37,057 nucleotides of DNA from positions 1-37,057 of IMG/VR virus record IMGVR_UViG_3300038675_000965, one strand, 5' to 3'. Source of the DNA: a virus (lineage: Duplodnaviria > Caudoviricetes). The first letter of the stretch is position 1; each line of letters starts with the position of its first letter. The notes under the pieces are model-generated. The model had not been told where the DNA came from, did not search any database, and saw only the letters and a list, made by a program, of their open reading frames with translations. Both the position numbers and the translations under genes were made by a program. Below, in pieces: positions 34,542-37,057 of the stretch.

Positions 34542-35369
34542 ATGGAGTCTATAAAATTTTATGAAGTTAACCCTGTTTCTCCTGTTGCCCCATACGTGGG
34601 AGGCAAGAAAAACCTAGCAAAAACGATAATTAGTCGAATTGAAAAAATTCCGCATATTTTATATGCTGAACCCTTTGTCGGCATGGGTGGGGTATTTTTA
34701 CGCCGCCGACTCGCTCCCCGCTCTGAAGTTATTAATGATGTCTCTGGAGATGTTATTAATTTCTTTAGAGTTTTACAAAAACACTATCCCTATTTTATGG
34801 ATATGATGAAGTTTCAACTAGCCTCTAGAAAAGAATTTGAAAGGCTTTTAAAGGTTAAACCTGAAACCCTAACCGACTTAGAAAAAGCCGCTAGGTTTTT
34901 GTACTTACAAAGAACGGCTTTTGGCGGAAAAATAACGGATAAGCATTTTGGAATCACAACAAGCAGAGGCTCTAGGTTTGATATTACTAAACTCGGTCCT
35001 ATGCTTGATGATTTGCATTCTAGGCTTTCTGGGGTTGTGATTGAATGCCTGCCTTATCAAGACTTTATTCCAAGATATGACAGGGCTGAGACTTTGTTCT
35101 ATCTCGACCCGCCTTATTATAACTGTGAAGATTATTACGGCAAAAACGTGTTTAATAAGGCTGATTTTGAGCGTTTAGCCGAAATTTTAAGCGGTATTAA
35201 AGGCAGGTTTATAATGAGCCTTAATGATGTGCCTGAAGTTCGTCATATTTTTAAGGGCTTTGAAATTAGTTCGGTTGATTGCCGTTACACGCTTTGCGGT
35301 AGCCCGAAATCCAGCGTTTTTAAAGAGGTGATAATTGAGGGAGGCGGTAAAAATGCAAAGGCGGTTTAA
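34542..35369 (+). CDS. D12-class (Dam-like) DNA adenine methyltransferase at the mom position
   Basis: PYVGGKK, YAEPFVGMGGVF, EVIND, FYLDPPY, MSLND. Confidence 0.92.
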   Translation: MESIKFYEVNPVSPVAPYVGGKKNLAKTIISRIEKIPHILYAEPFVGMGGVFLRRRLAPRSEVINDVSGDVINFFRVLQKHYPYFMDMMKFQLASRKEFERLLKVKPETLTDLEKAARFLYLQRTAFGGKITDKHFGITTSRGSRFDITKLGPMLDDLHSRLSGVVIECLPYQDFIPRYDRAETLFYLDPPYYNCEDYYGKNVFNKADFERLAEILSGIKGRFIMSLNDVPEVRHIFKGFEISSVDCRYTLCGSPKSSVFKEVIIEGGGKNAKAV

Positions 35370-35382
35370 AGTCCGCCAAAAT

Positions 35383-35412
35383 CAAGAGCGGGGCTTTTAT
35401 GCCTCGCTTTTG
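35383..35412. terminator. Hairpin between convergent genes (probably bidirectional terminator)
   Basis: CAAGAGCGGGGC/GCCTCGCTTTTG 12-bp stem. Confidence 0.65.
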
Positions 35413-35413
35413 G

Positions 35414-35626
35414 TTAAGCCATGCGGTGAAAAGTTAAAGCTGTTTTATGAAGGGCTTGTGCGGTGCTAAGTAGTTCATCTAATTCAGTTATCATGCCTAT
35501 AGCTAAATTGGTATCGTTTGCTAGAACCTCGCTTGCATCAACGGCTAAAATAGATGCTTTTGAAAGGTTTTCTGCCATTGTTTCTAAAATTAATTTAATG
35601 GCATCGTTTTTGGTTGGTTTAGACAT
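35414..35626 (-). CDS. Hypothetical helical protein (70 aa)
   Basis: AAGGAGA RBS before MSKPTKNDAIK. Confidence 0.7.
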   Translation of the reverse strand: MSKPTKNDAIKLILETMAENLSKASILAVDASEVLANDTNLAIGMITELDELLSTAQALHKTALTFHRMA

Positions 35627-35787
35627 GATATTCTCCTTTATTTCGCTTTGTTTTGATGTGTCCATTGACGCTCTCTTGGCAATGAAAGTAAAGGGGAATG
35701 TGCAGAAAAGATTCGAAAAAAAGAAAAAACCGTGCAAATATAAATAGCAATATATTAATAAAATCAAAATTGAAAAAAGGATCTTTT

Positions 35788-36660
35788 ATGGTCAGTTCAG
35801 CAAGAATAGTTTTGCATTTTGACGTTCATGAGCCAATAGAGCTTACTGATTTAACACTCTCTTTTGGTTCGTTAGCAAAGCAATATAGAAAATTTTTGAT
35901 GGATACGAGTAAGCAACGCAATCAAAAAATAAATGATGCCGAAGTTAAGTTATTTATAACAAAAATTGAAAACAACTGCATATTAGCTGAACTGGCAGGA
36001 GCCTCAAATATTTTAGGGCCCCTCGTACCTTTATTGGAATACACCAACTTATTCATTGATTTTGTAAAAAATATTAATGCTTCAATTTTGTACTTTAAAG
36101 GGCTCTCCTTAAAAGAAAACATTGATTCTGAAAGTATTCCATACTCTAAAAAAGATTGCGAAGATTTAAGTAGATTTTTATCGGTTGTATCTCAGAACAA
36201 AGGAGGTAAGCTTGGACTTGGAGTTGCAGAATACAAAAAAGAAGATAAAAAAAGCTCTTTTCTTGTAAGGTTTACATTTTCAAGTGAAGATGCTTATGAT
36301 GCTCAAAAAGGAGCACTGATGGCTCAGAGAGCTTTGGAAACAAGGTGTGATGCTGATTATAAAAATGTTCTTATGTATTTCCATCAGACAAATGTTGAAG
36401 AGCCTAAATCACAAGGTCGCACGGGAGATAAAGCTTATATAAAAGCGGTATGTAACAAACCTCTCCCTGTGTTTTTTATCTCTGAGTTAGATAGCGACAA
36501 GGTTAAGTCTTTTCGTGACGATTCTTCTCTTAATCCTTTCAAGGCATCATATCGTGTTGACGTAAACGTGGAGACGGATAGAAACGAAGTTCCAAAATTT
36601 TACAGAGTCATAAGGCTCTATGAAATTATTCCTGACGATGAAAGTACAGAAAAAAGCTAA
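35788..36660 (+). CDS. Hypothetical accessory protein (290 aa)
   Basis: Long AT-rich ORF, AAGGA RBS; EPIELTDLTLSF..VKLFITKIENNCILAEL. Confidence 0.8.
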   Translation: MVSSARIVLHFDVHEPIELTDLTLSFGSLAKQYRKFLMDTSKQRNQKINDAEVKLFITKIENNCILAELAGASNILGPLVPLLEYTNLFIDFVKNINASILYFKGLSLKENIDSESIPYSKKDCEDLSRFLSVVSQNKGGKLGLGVAEYKKEDKKSSFLVRFTFSSEDAYDAQKGALMAQRALETRCDADYKNVLMYFHQTNVEEPKSQGRTGDKAYIKAVCNKPLPVFFISELDSDKVKSFRDDSSLNPFKASYRVDVNVETDRNEVPKFYRVIRLYEIIPDDESTEKS

Positions 36661-36686
36661 TAATGGTTAAAAAGGTAAGGTAAAAT

Positions 36687-36920
36687 ATGAAAGATATTAA
36701 CGCGATGACAGATGATGAAATATCTAAAGAAAATCAAAGATATGAATTAGAAAAAAATCGAAGAGAAGAAGACGAAAGATATTTGAAAGATAAAAAAAGA
36801 AAGATATATAAAAAAATCGGTCTGTTAATGGCCATTTTAACATTAGCCTTTGCTACATATTATTTTAAATATGGATACGGAGTTGAGGTTATAAATTTTT
36901 TTGAAGAAATTAAAAAATAA
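36687..36920 (+). CDS. Small single-TM membrane protein
   Basis: Charged N-terminus plus IGLLMAILTLAFATYYF; AAGG RBS. Confidence 0.65.
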   Translation: MKDINAMTDDEISKENQRYELEKNRREEDERYLKDKKRKIYKKIGLLMAILTLAFATYYFKYGYGVEVINFFEEIKK

Positions 36921-36943
36921 ACTAGACGAGCATAAAAAAACAT

Positions 36944-37002
36944 CGGTTTTGTGTCATGCAAAACAATTTAAAAAACTGTGCAAAACAAAAAAGCGGGCAA
37001 CA
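36944..37002. repeat. Mu right end (attR) with transposase-binding repeats
   Basis: TGCAAAACAA at 36957 and 36979 (22-bp period), a weaker inverted copy near 36944-36953, terminal CA at 37001-37002. Confidence 0.75.
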
Positions 37003-37057
37003 CCATACCCCCAAACTTGGCTTTCCACTTATAAAAGGTCGCATTGGAAATCCCATG
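37003..37057 (-). mobile_element. Internal fragment of the same IS (orfA), identical to 1178-1232
   Basis: 55-nt exact match CCATACCCCC..GGAAATCCCATG. Confidence 0.9.

Larger units (their letters stand above)
1..37002 (+). mobile_element. Mu-like transposable prophage (left end and most of repressor outside the window; right end at 37002)
   Basis: Mu-type gene order: ner, DDE transposase, AAA ATPase, gp16, activator, lysis, gp25-gp29, F, protease I, major head T, gp36, tail, adenine methylase; terminal CA with repeated end motifs. Confidence 0.95.

Noticed and set aside
35463-35787. Plus-strand 94-aa ORF and long N-terminal extensions of the flanking genes
   Set aside because: Better RBS-supported starts at 35626 (minus) and 35788 (plus); the region between is a divergent promoter region
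1-37057. CRISPR array, tRNA or rRNA
   Set aside because: No regularly spaced repeats or cloverleaf recognised by eye; a tRNAscan or CRISPR scan would be needed to exclude them formally

Overview
Nearly complete Mu-like (transposable) prophage with a siphovirus-type tail in a low-GC host. The window begins in the probable repressor start and genetic switch, which is interrupted by an IS3-family (IS407-group) element (140-1390). Next come the early operon (ner, MuA transposase, MuB ATPase, accessory genes, GemA/gp16, late activator), a reverse-strand moron (ImmA/IrrE peptidase plus a 2-TM protein), and the lysis, packaging, head and tail modules. A Dam-like methylase sits at the mom position, followed by right-end accessory genes. 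The Mu right end (..CA at 37002) is joined directly to 55 nt identical to the inside of the IS. The most notable signals are non-coding: (i) a two-hairpin kissing-loop RNA with a minus-strand -10 box and terminator at the 3' end of a MuF-PBECR nuclease-like fusion that has no protein immunity gene (candidate RNA antitoxin system); (ii) a complete type II hammerhead ribozyme in the early operon whose pseudoknot covers the next start codon; (iii) a shared late-promoter palindrome; (iv) a switch-like RNA leader before the methylase. Also notable are antisense genes nested under read-through ORFs and a duplicated MuA N-terminal DNA-binding domain with a changed recognition helix. Family calls come from motif recognition and gene order, not from database searches.
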